Positions 37,148 through 49,307 of a stretch of DNA of 64,000 bases are shown one piece after another; position 1 is the first letter of the stretch; the number at the start of each line of letters is the position of its first letter. The position numbers and the translations under genes are program-made. This DNA is from Narcine bancroftii (lineage: Eukaryota). The notes beneath the pieces were generated by a model, which searched no databases, was not told where the DNA came from, and saw only the letters and a program-made list of their open reading frames with translations. The DNA lies in the NCBI RefSeq assembly GCF_036971445.1, contig NC_091475.1:201624001-201688000 (forward strand). Direction: 5' to 3'.

Positions 37148-38839
37148 GTGAGTGCATGAAAGTTGTGCTCCATCAGCAGATGGTGTAACGATACGATTGG
37201 CAATACTGCGTATTGTTTGGATTTAACGTCATGAACAACTGCTGCTAAATCCTAGTAGCTTTTGATAAGATATAAGGGCATTCAGATTGTCCTGCAACCC
37301 CTGAAAAAATTTCCATCCATATTTGGGATATAAGTACTAGAGTAGATAAACCCCCGCCCCTCTGTTTTACCCCTCTCTCCTCATCACTGACCAATTCCAA
37401 AGGATTTTATAGGCAATGGATCAGTGTATTATAGGTGCAAGGTTTTTTAAGGACCTGGCTGGTCTGTATCTTAATTCCATACAATCCAACTTAATTACGT
37501 ATCCCTTAATACCCTTATCCAACAAAAATAGGATAGGATTTGGCCTACTTTCTTACTGAAGAAAGCTTTATAAATTGGAGTATTTATTACTTCCAGCAGA
37601 ATAGGTGATCTGCTGTCGTGCAGATTTAATCTGAAAGCTTTATATATTTCTTAACATTGTGTTGTCAAGGCATTAAGTTTTTGACACTCACAAAAATGGT
37701 TGACTACATTGATATGCAATACTGAAAAGCATTGAGAGGTGCTGTATTGGAGCATTATTTGATTTTGGAATCCTACTGATCAAGAGGCAACATTTCACAG
37801 CCAAATTGGAAGCATTCATAGTGCTAAACTGCAGGGGACAAATGCAATTAAGTTCATAATCTTAGGGGAAGGATGCCTTTTTCCCCTTTAACCTTGATTA
37901 AAAATATAGATCATGGAAAACTACAGCACAGTACAGGCCCTTCGACCCTTAATTTTATGCTGATCTACATGATCTTTCCAAAAAAAAGTAAACTCTTCCT
38001 ACCCTCATAAACCTCAATTTTTCTTTCATCCATGTTCCTGTTTAAGAGTCTCTTGAAGGCCTCTGTTTCAGCCTCCTCCACCATCCCTGGCAGCACCCAC
38101 AACTCTCTGTGTGGAAAAAAAAACTTATTCCCTAATCCTAACCCCAATGTGCTGTAAACTTTCCTCCCTTCACTTTGCACTATATAATTCTGTGTGGTTA
38201 AAATAAAGTATCCTCTTTCAAAGTGACCCTCAGAAGAGGTTTGAATTGTAATTCTGGTTCTCGCCACAACAAAAAAGGTGCAGCACTGAGCAACTCCATT
38301 CGCTGAACATGTGCGAGATCCTAAATGGAAATAATCATTACTTTTAAACTTCAGTTTGTTTTTGCTTTCAGTTCTGTTTGAAAGATTGCTTTTAATTCTG
38401 TGGAATGCTTTGTAAAAAAAAAAGCTGCAACTGCTGGAAATCTGACTTTAAAAAAGCTAAGTGCTAGAAATCCATGCAGGACCTCTCCCTCCCCAAACGT
38501 TATGGGGGGTTTACATTCCGAGAAAATGATCTGTATCTCAATTATCTGATAGATAAAGGTCTGAGCATACCTCAAGAAACTCAAATTACGAAAATGCTTT
38601 TTGATTTTGATTTTATTTTCACGGGAGTGAATTTTATTCAGTGTCATAATTTTTTGGGTCGTGAATTGAGAATTCACCATATGATACCTGATGAAGGGCC
38701 CAGGCCCAAAATGTTGGTTACCCTTTACTTCCTCTGGACGCTGCATGGCCTGCTGAGTTTCCCCAGCACATTTGTGTATTGCACTCCACCCCGGCATCTG
38801 CAGACATCCTTGTTTAACTCTGTAACTCCCTGTCCACAG

Positions 38840-39910
38840 GTGGGCAAACAGCAAGAGCTGGAGGCACGCAAAGCGGAGGCGGCCCGGCTTCAGCAGCTGG
38901 AAGAGAAGCGGAGGCAGCAAGAGGCTGAGCTCAGGCGGGTCGAGGAAGAAAAAGAACGTGTCGTTGAGCTCCAGCAGAAGGAGAAGGAGCTGAGAGAGAA
39001 ACTGCTGGAAAACCTCAAGCGGAAGGAAAGCGAAAGTCAGCAGAGCAGAGAAGAGTCAAAGTCCAGCCACGCCAACCAAGTGAAGTCCATTATGAGCCTG
39101 TCCCCAGCGTCGGGAACCACTATGTCTGCCCAAGCTGGTCCTAGTCGGACTGCAAGTCAGGGTGCTGCCAGTCATGGCAAAAATTTGCAGCTCACCAAGG
39201 ACATAAATGGGCACCAGATTGCGACTGAAGGATGTGTGAATAATTTGGACCAAGTCCAATCACAGAGAAATACAAATACTTCTGATCGTCAGAGTGGTGG
39301 CAAGGCTGCCCAGAATGAGCAATCTATGGCAGTGGTAGCTAATAGTCAAGAGGGGTCTTCGCAGGAATGCTGTGGGAAGAAGGGTAGATATCAGAATGGC
39401 CCAAGCCACAAAGAGGGAGCGCCACAAATCAACCCCATCAACGTCGAAGGTCACCAAATGCAAAAGGATTTAAACAAAGGATCTAATTTCCACAAGAGCA
39501 GCAGCAGTGAGCGTAGCAGAAACTGGAGGGACTCTAGCAGCGATAGCAGCTGCCACCAGAGGGAATGGAGCCGGCACCAGGCCCGTTCAAGGAAGGACAG
39601 TGGCCGGAGGGGCAGGGAGCAGAGCCGCAGCTGGCGTGACTCCAGCTATGAGCGAAGGCGCAGCCGGCGTGACGCGAGCCGGGAGCGGAAGCGGCCGCAG
39701 AGTAGGGAGCACGGTCGCGGCCGGCGGGCCTCAAGCCGGCAGAGGTACCCGAGCGAGGAGCGGGGGTGCCGGAGGCCTGGCTCGAGCAGGGAGCGGGTTC
39801 GTCAGCGGAAAAGCACAAGCAAGGAGCGCAGCCGGCACCGCAGAGACTCTGGCAGAGAGCGCGCCCACCACAGGGATAGCAGCAAAGGACACAGCCACCA
39901 CTGGAGATAG
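38840..39910 (+). CDS. AKAP17A: AKAP17A last coding exon (coiled coil, linker, RS-like domain, stop TAG)
   Basis: Acceptor CCCTGTCCACAG at 38839, then RRQQEAELRRVEEEKER as in human, then an R/S/E/D-rich C-terminus. Phase 0 joins the previous exon. Confidence 0.93.
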   Translation: MGKQQELEARKAEAARLQQLEEKRRQQEAELRRVEEEKERVVELQQKEKELREKLLENLKRKESESQQSREESKSSHANQVKSIMSLSPASGTTMSAQAGPSRTASQGAASHGKNLQLTKDINGHQIATEGCVNNLDQVQSQRNTNTSDRQSGGKAAQNEQSMAVVANSQEGSSQECCGKKGRYQNGPSHKEGAPQINPINVEGHQMQKDLNKGSNFHKSSSSERSRNWRDSSSDSSCHQREWSRHQARSRKDSGRRGREQSRSWRDSSYERRRSRRDASRERKRPQSREHGRGRRASSRQRYPSEERGCRRPGSSRERVRQRKSTSKERSRHRRDSGRERAHHRDSSKGHSHHWR

Positions 39911-42225
39911 TTAAGCCAGTGGACAACGGACTCAACAACAGTTCACCTAAATGCTGATCAGTTTGGACAGCAAAGATACTGCAGTTAAATAGCCCAGTGT
40001 CACAATTCAGACTTAAACCAGGAAGGCAAGTGTCACTCGGATTAGCAAGTTTGTTTTAAAGAACTTCCTTTGTTCTGGTGGGAGAGGCGGTTGCAGAAAA
40101 GTGTACAATCGAAGATTCTGGAAGTTATATTCTAACACAGTACTGTACTTCGAGAAAGCTGGCCACAATCACAAGATTGTTTAACATTTCAATTGTTTGG
40201 TACTTGCAGTTCCACTGGTGAAGTTCCAATATTTCAATGTACATTTGATAAGTTTTCACGTTTTACTTGCTAATTATTGCAAGGCAGCATTTAGAGAGTG
40301 TTTGCAATGGATGTGTTGTGCAAAACTGCTGGTTATCGCTTTATCCCTTGTTAAATTTTAGTCATTGTTTTATCGACTCTGTATACTGCACCCCACGGCA
40401 TATTCTATTTATTTCATACTTCAAAACTCAATTCCTTATCGTTTATTTTACACAACAAGCATCTCAATTTAAATAAATCACGAGAAAAATTAGTGGCAAA
40501 CTTGTTTTTTAAGTCCTTGGCAGTTTCTTTCGTAGGTTTTGGAATGTTTACCACTTGATTCCTTTCCTGATTGATTTTAGCAGATGTTACTGCTAATTGT
40601 AAACTTGGCCACAATTCGGGACAGTACAGATGTAACCCTTATTGATAGGGATAACCTCCCGGAGTAGAATTTAAAAGAAACTGCAAGACAAAGTTATAGA
40701 TATCACTTGCTCAAGGATCCCTTCTTGGGGAAAATCACATTTTCATGGCCTATTACAAAATCAGAGAGAAGGGAAAGCGGGTGTTTATGAAATGCAAGAC
40801 TTAATTGTTTACCCCTAATTAACTCGTAGTTTTGTAACTGATTCATATAAAGTGTCAAATCATCTCCATTGTGAGTGTTCTATGCAGAAAAGCTTGAAGA
40901 ATGCAGAGCCTCTCTGCTCTGTCATCCAAACGGTAATGTAGGAGCCTCTGACTGATGCTACGTTAAGATCACTGAGTACACAATGGCCAGCTAAGCCTCT
41001 CCTATCTATTAGAAGATTAGTGAATCTTTATCTGGTACAGAATTAAAAATATTTCCAAAGCTGAAGGGTTGGCTAGTTCTCCTAGACCCTTCATCAGGCC
41101 AGGTTTGTTGTTTTTGTAGTCCACCATTTGAAGTTGAATAGAAAGTATTTCTGAATTTCAAATGTGGCTCCCATTGTTATTTCCGATCTTTTCAATGACA
41201 TCCTGACAGAGATTGTAACTTCATTGAAATTTTGCAAGTTTAAGGTGAGGGGACCAACCCATCAAGCAATCCTTTTCAAAATGGCCATTCACTCCAAATG
41301 TGTTATCTAATAATTTAGCTTAGAGGAGATATCCCGAATGTCGTGTACAAGGCCTTCCATGATGTTGCTCCAGTTACAATTGATTGTGTGGTAATGAACA
41401 ACTCTTGGTGCCTCAGTTGCTGAGGGGGTTTCATCTTGCTACATAACATTTTCATTTGTATAGAAAATGTAGATGAAAGCTAGTGGGTAACTGCTGGTAG
41501 GTGGTGTGATGTCAAGAAGATAGATCTTCAGTCAAAAACCTCAATCACTGGCCTCTGAGCTTTCCAAACTGCAGGAAGAACGAGTTACTGAACCAAACTG
41601 GAAGTGGTCCTGATCCTGCAGCCCCCTATGCTCTGATCCAAGGCCAGATTATGGAGAACAGTGGGAAGAACATGAGTGGAAAGGTGCATCTTGTTTTCCC
41701 AACCCCCTCCCCTCCTGTCACCAATTACATTCCCATAATTGAAAGATATCCTTAATTATACCAATGTGTCGGCCTTGATTGCTTTTTTTTTGTTTCCGAA
41801 GTATGTAGAAAGTGACTAAAATCGAAGATTAAGAACTGCAGGACACATTGGAGCAAAACTCTTTATTCTCAGTTTTACTCTATTAAATGAGCAGTGACCT
41901 TGTACCCAAAAAGATCAATATTAGAATCTTTGAAACATAATCTATAAATAACTCAATAGGTAAAAACTGATGAAATTAGTGTGTAATTATTGGACAAGAA
42001 TATCAGTTAAACCTTTGTCTACAACTGGATCTAAGATTACACTTTAAAACTGAACGTTCTCTCAGTAATTTCGTAAAAGGGTAGTACAGAGCATATGAGC
42101 GTTGCGGATTTTAAAAATATGTTTCAAGCTTGATTGGTGACCTTGTCAAATGCTGATGTGTATCCTCTTGTTTTCGTTGTTGTGCATTTCCTGTTTTGTG
42201 TAAAACTCTACATTCAAAGTTGTGT

Positions 42226-42231
42226 AATAAA
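42226..42231 (+). terminator. AKAP17A: Candidate AKAP17A polyadenylation signal (3' UTR about 2.3 kb)
   Basis: AATAAA with upstream TGTA and a downstream U/GU-rich tract. Alternatives at 40472 and 42375. No recognisable TE between 39911 and ~42800. Confidence 0.5.
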
Positions 42232-42827
42232 CAATTTTGTTTCCATTTGTCTTTTCCCTGTTATTTTCTGGCCCTTGAACGTATGCTTTAGTTTCCACCA
42301 TTTTTAAGAAATTGCCCTATCTATGTGCATATTTTGTTTTATCCACACAATTGTCAATGGTTTGCATCCTCGCCAATAAATGAAATGCCTTTTTCATTTA
42401 TCTTTTTAATTTAAATTAAGGAACAAGATAAAAAGTCTTAATAGCTTGATTTTAAATGTTCAAAGCACGAATTTGTTGAAATTTATATACAACTAAACTT
42501 GAAGCTATATAATCTGTCAATAATATATTAAATGTTTGTGTATGGCTTGTGTTTCTGTCCAGATTTCTCTTTCAGACTTTGTTACAGGTTTCTAATCATT
42601 GGGCAAAGAACAGGGCAGAAACATTCCAGTGGATACTTGAAAATAGGCCTTTAGAGAAAGCCATGTTTCTCAAACAAAGTAATTGAACGATTGTGATTAT
42701 CAATAAATTTGCTAACATTTCCTTCTGGTATTTTTGCCAACAAGTTAAGATGCTAAATACATCAGATCTAAAATGATATGATATGATAGGTCTATAGTTT
42801 CTGTCCAGTTTAAATATCTAATTGGAT

Positions 42828-43193
42828 CAGTGGTTCTCAACCTTTTTCTTTCCTCTCACATCCCACTTTAAGTAATCCCTAGGCCATCAGTGCTCTGTGA
42901 TTAGTAAGGGATTTCTTAAGGTGGGAAGGGAAGGTTGAGAATGACTGCTCTAGACCCAATTGTTACTGAAGTATTTTGCTTGAGAAAAATTGTCACTGGC
43001 CCATTTCCTTTGGAGTTACGAAACCATGCACATAACGAGTCAATGAGGTACGATTAAAACAGTGGATTTCAAACTTTTTCTTCCTAGTCACATAACACCT
43101 TAAGCAATCCCTTACTAATCACAGAGCACTGATGGCGCACAGAGAATTCTTAAAATGGGATGTGAGTGGAAAGAGAAAGGTTGAGAACCCCTG
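42828..43193. mobile_element. Intact hAT (Charlie-like) composite MITE, 366 bp
   Basis: CAGTGGTTCTCAACCTTT...AAAGGTTGAGAACCCCTG TIRs, perfect 8-bp TSD AATTGGAT. Confidence 0.9.
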
Positions 43194-43961
43194 AATTGGA
43201 TTAATTCATCTTACAATTGAAAAAGAAGCCTAGCTGTATCTCTGCATAATGAGTATGTTGAATTTTAAAATGTTTCTCTCATCATTCAAGTTTATCATCA
43301 CCTGATTGCACAAAAACAACCCGAATTTAATTTGGAGAGAAACCAGAAAATGTTGGAAACCCTCAAGGATAAGTTTCAGGTTGAAAATCCTTCATCAGAA
43401 CAGTTTAAGTGGGCAGGAGGATGTTATTGGCCACAGTGGCACAAAGCCTTAAGAATTACGTAAAGGATAGGAGAAGACATTTAAAAATTAAGCTGTGGTG
43501 TCAACTTACCATAATAATTGAAAAGGTCTAAATAGCATACATGCCTGTACTTGCAAACATCAACAGACAATTAAATCACCGAGTCTTCAGTTTGAATATT
43601 AGTAAAATTCCCTGTCATTGATAAAAGCTGCTCCGTAACATAATTAGTTTGTAATGTATGAGAAATGAAGTTCTTCCCAATGGATCTCTCTCAGATTCTA
43701 GCCAGTCTCTGTGCCAAAGATACACATGGTATCTAAATGAATGGAAAAAATATAGGCTGCCATTTTCAATTTAATTAAAGTTCAGATGAGAACAAAGTTA
43801 AATTTAACATTGTTGGCTGAAAATTCTTCACTCAGAGGATCGAGACCTGGAATAAGCTATCAAAGGAAGCCGGAGATTCAAAATTTGGAATCGCTGAGCA
43901 TTTCAAAACTGCAATGGGGGAGGTGAAGTTGACAGTGTGTGATGGAGAACTGTATGTATCG

Positions 43962-44190
43962 GGAAGCACAGTTGGCATAGCAGTCAGTGTAACGTCTACA
44001 GCGATTAGGACCGGGGTTCGAATTCCACGCTGCCTTGTAAGGAGTTTGCACATTCTCCCCGTGTCTGCGTGGGTTTTCCCCAGGGGCTCCGATTTCCTCC
44101 CACCATTCGAAGCGTACCAGGGGTATAGGTTAATTGGGCAGCGCGGACCCATGGGCCAAAATGGCCTGTTACCGTGCTGTATGTCTAACA
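43962..44190 (+). mobile_element. V-SINE (HE1-like)
   Basis: tRNA-like head (TGGCATAGC A-box, GGTTCGAATTCC B-box), V-domain core TTCTCCCCGTGTCTGCGTGGGTTT, CR1-like tail. Confidence 0.85.
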
Positions 44191-44849
44191 TTTTTTTTTA
44201 AATACTCTGATTGAACAGGAGCTAAATTAACAAAAGCAGAAGAGGTTCCGTATAGGTTCTCTCATATAGTAGACTTAATTACGAGCTAGTTCTGAACACA
44301 CTTGATCTTTTACACATGGAATTTCAAAATTTACTTGAATACCATATATTTTGTTTGAAAAAGTACCAATGGTAACTAATTGTGGAAGAATCTCTCGCCT
44401 GGTTTGATTGTTGCAGGGGTTTGTGAATGGTGACAGGTTTGCTTCTATCAATTGACAAATGATAACTATTTAAAAATTAATTTTAAGGGCATTGAACCAT
44501 ATGTCTAAACCATCACTTATATACCTAATTCCACTTCTGAAGTTGCTTCATTTAATCTGTATCTCCTGTCAGTTGCTTCTGAAGTTCCCCTTCCATCATA
44601 ACTGAGCCCCTCAATTAATAACATTGAAAACCCTAAATATGGCACTCCTGGCTACCCACCCGAAGAATCAAACATAGAAATTTCACAGCACAGGAGGTGG
44701 CCAATAAGCCCATCTTGTTATTGATATTCCAAAATGACCACCCCATGGTAATCCTCCTGGTTCTACCCTTGCAGGTCACAACTCTTCAAGTATGTGTCTC
44801 GTCACTTTTTAACTGTGAAGGCTTCTGTCTCCGCCACCTTTGCCACAAT

Positions 44850-45350
44850 AGCGTGGATCTCCCAGTGGCCACCCACTTCAATTCCCCTTCCCATTCTCTT
44901 GCAGACATGACTGTCCATGGTCTCGTGCACTTCCAGACAGATCACCCGCATATTGGAGAAACAACACAACGTCTGGGCACCATCCTACCGGATGGCATTA
45001 ACATTGACTTCTCTGGTTTCTGTTTAAACCACCCATCATGATCTTCATCACCCTGTCTCCTTTCCTCTAATTCCGATTCTCTCTCTTCCCTTTTCCCTCT
45101 CCCTCCTTTTACAGAGCCAAAATCAATTCTCACCTTTCCTCTTATCCAATGGTAAGCTTTTGTCTGTCGGTCCCCTTCCTATTCTTTAATTCAGACACCT
45201 GCCTCCTTTTTGCTTACACCTTAAAGAAGGGCTCTGGCCCAGAACGGCAATTATATATCTTTAACTTCTATGGACACTGTGAGACCAGCTGAGTTCCTCC
45301 AGCATTTCAATGCTTTTTACTACATTTACAGCGTCAGCAGATTTTTCTGT
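44850..45350 (+). mobile_element. Penelope-like element 3' fragment (GIY-YIG C-terminus plus terminal repeat)
   Basis: LPVATHFNSPSHSLADMTVHGLVH...RLGTILPDGINIDFS. Related copy at 56860-57350 and many short GAAGGGCTC...CCCGAAA fragments. Confidence 0.65.
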
Positions 45351-46454
45351 TAACGCCATCACTCCATTATACAGTGAGCTCCACAATCTCACCACCTTCT
45401 GAATAAAGTATATCTCACTTCCCCAACTCAACCTCCTAATGATTGCATTAGGTTTGCGCTGAAGACTGAGAGCATCCAAAATTCATTCTCAGATCACTTT
45501 TTTTGCCTCTTCACTTTATGTTCGGATTTATTGTCTAGAGTACATACATGATTACACATACAACCCTAAGATACTTTTTTTTTCCTGTGGGTGAGGCAAA
45601 ATTACCACTTATTGGCAGTGAGCAGTGCAAATTAACTATACTTGACGTACGCATGTAAATAATGAATTGTAAACAAACTGACTTGTGCAATTCGGAGAAT
45701 AATAAAGTGCGAAAGTCCTTAAACGAGTCCCTGATTGAGTTTGTGGTTGAGGATTCTGATGGTGGAGGGGTAGCAGCTGTTCCCAAACCTGGTGATGTGA
45801 GTCTTGTGGCACCAATACCGCTTTCCTGGCGGCAGCAGAGAGGACAGAGCGCGTGCTGGCTGACGTCGATCCTCGATAATTCATTGATTTCAAATCCTTC
45901 CATGATTGCTGACAATTTAAACTATAATCTTCACCAGCTGTCTGGTTTAGCGCTTCCGATAAACTCACTGGAAAATGTAGTCGTAATAGCTTTTTTAAAA
46001 AGTATGTCAGAGAATTGCATTAAAATGACATCTTAAGAGTAGAAAATCTGCTTGTCCTGCACCTCCAAATTAATGGAATTTTACTATTTTTGCTCCACAA
46101 ACAGGAGCAGTGTAAAAAAAATAAATCACATCACTGCAATGTATATAATGCATCGCCTCCCTATTTATTTCAGTAAATGAGGGTCTGCCACCCAAAGAAT
46201 CCTCAGACCAGGTCAGGCCACTAGGGCGACGCAAGGCCCGGTGGTAGGTTTTAAGTCTCAGGCAGCATTACAATCAAAATAGATCACATGGCTCCAATCT
46301 CCTAAAGTCATTAGAATGTATTAGGAATTTGTATCTCAGCAACCTGGAGATAAGTGGTGCCAATGAGCATTTTGTCCTGGCTCTGTCATTTTACATTACT
46401 GATTTTTCTGACAGAACTATGAAGCACTGACTTGCTGGACGCTAAGTTTTCATT

Positions 46455-46529
46455 ATGGAATACTCCAAACAGGAACTCGAGTACCCACAGAAGTTGCTGA
46501 ATTATATGGATGGATTTCTTGTGTCAAAG
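46455..46529 (+). CDS. ASMT: ASMT (acetylserotonin O-methyltransferase/HIOMT) coding exon 1; missed by the ORF track
   Basis: MEYSKQELEYPQKLLNYMDGFLVSK then GTAAG donor. Resembles the vertebrate ASMT N-terminus (YP..L..Y..GF.VSK). Confidence 0.9.
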
Positions 46530-47167
46530 GTAAGAAGGATTTCACAAAGGCGAGTCAGTGAATTCCTGTCATTGATAACTTTTCAGTCAGATTTAACCCC
46601 ATATCATAAATGTTGACCATTCTTTTTCTTCCACAGATGCTCCTTGACCTGTGTTCCTCCAGTAAATTTGCTTATTAACTCTTTATTTTTGTTCTGTGTG
46701 ATTGTTAAATCGTTGAGAGCAATACAATAGTTTTATATTGTTACAAGTCCAGAGGGCCCCAAAACCCAGCAGCAATAGATATGCTCCACAGCAAAGGGTT
46801 CCTTAAATGAAAGTTGCTTTGAATTATCTTTGAACATGAAAACAGAATCAAACTTTATCTCTATTAACTTACTTAATGCCCTCCTCGCCCCCCCCCCCAT
46901 CTAATTCAAAGCGCACGTATGTGTAATATGTATATAAGTTTTTAAAAGTTCTTTGGTTCACAGTCCAATCTCACTGGTTGCAGGCAATTATTGTACTGTG
47001 CACAGAAATTAGCATTAATAAAGTTCACCAGGCTTTAATGCTTAACAGATAGATGGTTACCACTCAGGAGGGATCGTGTTGGTTTTCAGAGAGAGTTTTC
47101 TCATTCCAGGACAGCCAGTGTCTTGCTGACGAAACTTACCCCCTTTCAGGGTTCTCCAGATGATAAC

Positions 47168-47678
47168 TGTGAGAAGTGCCTTCACGTTCACAAAATATGC
47201 TCGAGACAAAAGTTGAGAACAAAAAACATTTATTTACATTTACAACATTGCAAGGTTGGGTACTCTCCCTCTATCTCGGGAAAGTACACCGAGGGCGGGA
47301 AGCTTCTTCGTTTTTATACATTTTTCAATTCACCTCCCCTTACATTTTTCTTACATTTATCCTTCTTGGATTGGTTTGGCACTTTTCCCTATTCACCTGA
47401 CTCTTGACTGACTCCGACTTTCTCCTATCCCGTACTCACACCTCCTTTCCCCACCCCCTTTTAAACAAGCCCTTTGTGTGTATGTGCATATTTCTATATC
47501 TGCTTAAATTCCCCTGTTATCTTGTCTCTACTTTTTAATGCGCCATTTTACACAAAGAACATTTTAGCTATCTCCTTGTGTTTTCTACCTTCTATAATTG
47601 TTTCTAAGTTCCATTAAAATAGTAACTGTTTCTAAACTCCTACAATAATCAAAAAGTAACTGTTTCTAAACTCCTACA
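47168..47678 (-). mobile_element. Nested solo LTR (511 bp), different family
   Basis: TGTGAG...CCTACA ends, 5-bp TSD ATAAC, minus-strand AATAAA near 47230. Confidence 0.7.
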
Positions 47679-47702
47679 ATAACCTCTCTCTTTCAGGTAA
47701 CC

Positions 47703-48468
47703 ATATAAACCATATAACTACTTAACAGGCCAGTTCGGCCCTACTAGTCCATGCCGTAGCAAATCCTCACCCTCCTAGTCCCACTGACCAGCACCCGGTC
47801 CATACCCCTCCAGTCCTCTCCTATCCATGTTACTATCCAGTCTTTCCTTAAATGTAACCAATGATCCCGCCTCGACCACATCCGTCGGAAGCTCATTCCA
47901 CATCCCCACCACCCTTTGCGTAAAGAAATTTCCCCTCATGTTCCCCTTATAATTTTCCCCCTTCAATCTTAAACCATGCCCTGTAGTTTGAATCTCCCCC
48001 CACTCTTAATTGAAAAAGCCTATCCACATTTACTCTGTCTGTCCCTTTGAAAATCTTAAACACCTCGATCAAGTCCCCTCTCAATCTTCTACGCTCCAGA
48101 GAAAAAAGCCCCAGTCTGCACAACCTTTCCCTGTAACTCAAACCTTGAAATCCTGTCAACATTCTCGTGAACCTTCTCTGCACTCTCTCTATTTTGTTTA
48201 TATCTTTCCTATAATTTGGTGACCAAAACTGTACACAGTACTCCAAATTTGGCCTCACCAATGCCTTGTACAATTTCACATAACCTCCCTACTCTTGAAT
48301 TCAATACTCCGATTTATGAAGGCCAACATTCCAAATGCCTTCTTCACCACACCATCTACCTCAGTATCAGCCTTGAGGGTACTATTTACCACAACTCCTA
48401 AATCCCTTTGTTGCTCTGCACTCCTCAATTGTCTACCATTCAATGTATATGTCCTATTTAGATTTGCA
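47703..48468 (-). mobile_element. Young CR1-like LINE 3' end
   Basis: LYKALVRPNLEYCVQFWSP...ERRRLRGDLIEVFKI...FFTQRVVGMWNELP, with a CCATATAA-type repeat tail. Confidence 0.9.
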
Positions 48469-49307
48469 AGAGTTCCTTTCTGTTTCACCTATTCCAAGGG
48501 AAACACCAGCCAGTCAGTCCTCTCCTTTGACCAGGGAGTCTTCCAAAGCTTACCAGCTTGTCCCTGTGGAACCGATGGCGGTATCTCTCCTCTCTCACTC
48601 CCTCCCATTCTGACAGCCAAGCTGTTCTCCTTCTGCCTGCAAAGATCGCAAGCTCTTCCAGACAGCAAACTGTTTTTCAGACAAAGCTACTGCTGCCTGT
48701 TGCTACATTTGTTGCCTCTTGCAAAATAGCAAAAGTCCGTGAGCTCTCTGCAAAACTGCAAAAATTCTGTGTTTTAAAGTGTCTGTGTGTGACCTGCTCT
48801 AACAAACCTTTCCCAATTGATCTCCCAAACACCTCTTCACCCTCTGTCACAGTATTCTTTTAGCCATAACTTAATTAATGTTTACATTAATAAAAGCATT
48901 TTGGCATAGGAGCAGAAGTAAGCTATTCAGACCATCTAGTCTGCCCCGCCATTTAATCATGAGTTGATCCATCCTCTCACTCAACCCCACTCCAACCTTC
49001 TCACCATAATCCCCGGCTAATGAATATCCTATCAATCTCTGCCTTAAATGCACCCAATGACTTGACCCCTCCCTCACACACACACCACATGGCAACAGAT
49101 TCCACAGATTCACCACCCTCTCGATAAAGTAATTTCTCTGCATCTCTGTTTTAGGTAGATACTCTTCATTTCTGAAGTTGCACCCTCTTGTCCTAGACTC
49201 CTCCACCATGGGAAACAGAGATACATTTGTCCTTCAAGGGTGCCATACCATTTAATGGCTGACCCTTCGCATCAAGCCCATAATCCTTCCAAACCCCCAT
49301 TTTGTAT

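Larger units (their letters stand above)
46739..48851 (-). mobile_element. Solo LTR (4-bp TSD family) split by two nested insertions
   Basis: TGTTACA...TGTCACA ends, TSD ATAT/GTAT. After removing the inserts it is colinear with 53243-54012. Confidence 0.8.

Noticed and set aside
36883-37203. Antisense ORFs over AKAP17A exons (also 32821-33150, 38351-38920, 39534-39938)
   Set aside because: Shadows of purine-rich or GC-rich coding sequence with no independent support.
38474-38839. ATG 38474 as the start of a separate 478-aa protein
   Set aside because: Similarity to AKAP17A begins at the acceptor 38839/38840. The upstream part is intronic and partly Penelope-derived.
46000-46454. CRX/OTX pineal or retinal elements in the ASMT promoter
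   Set aside because: No clear TAATCC site seen by eye, so the claim cannot be supported.
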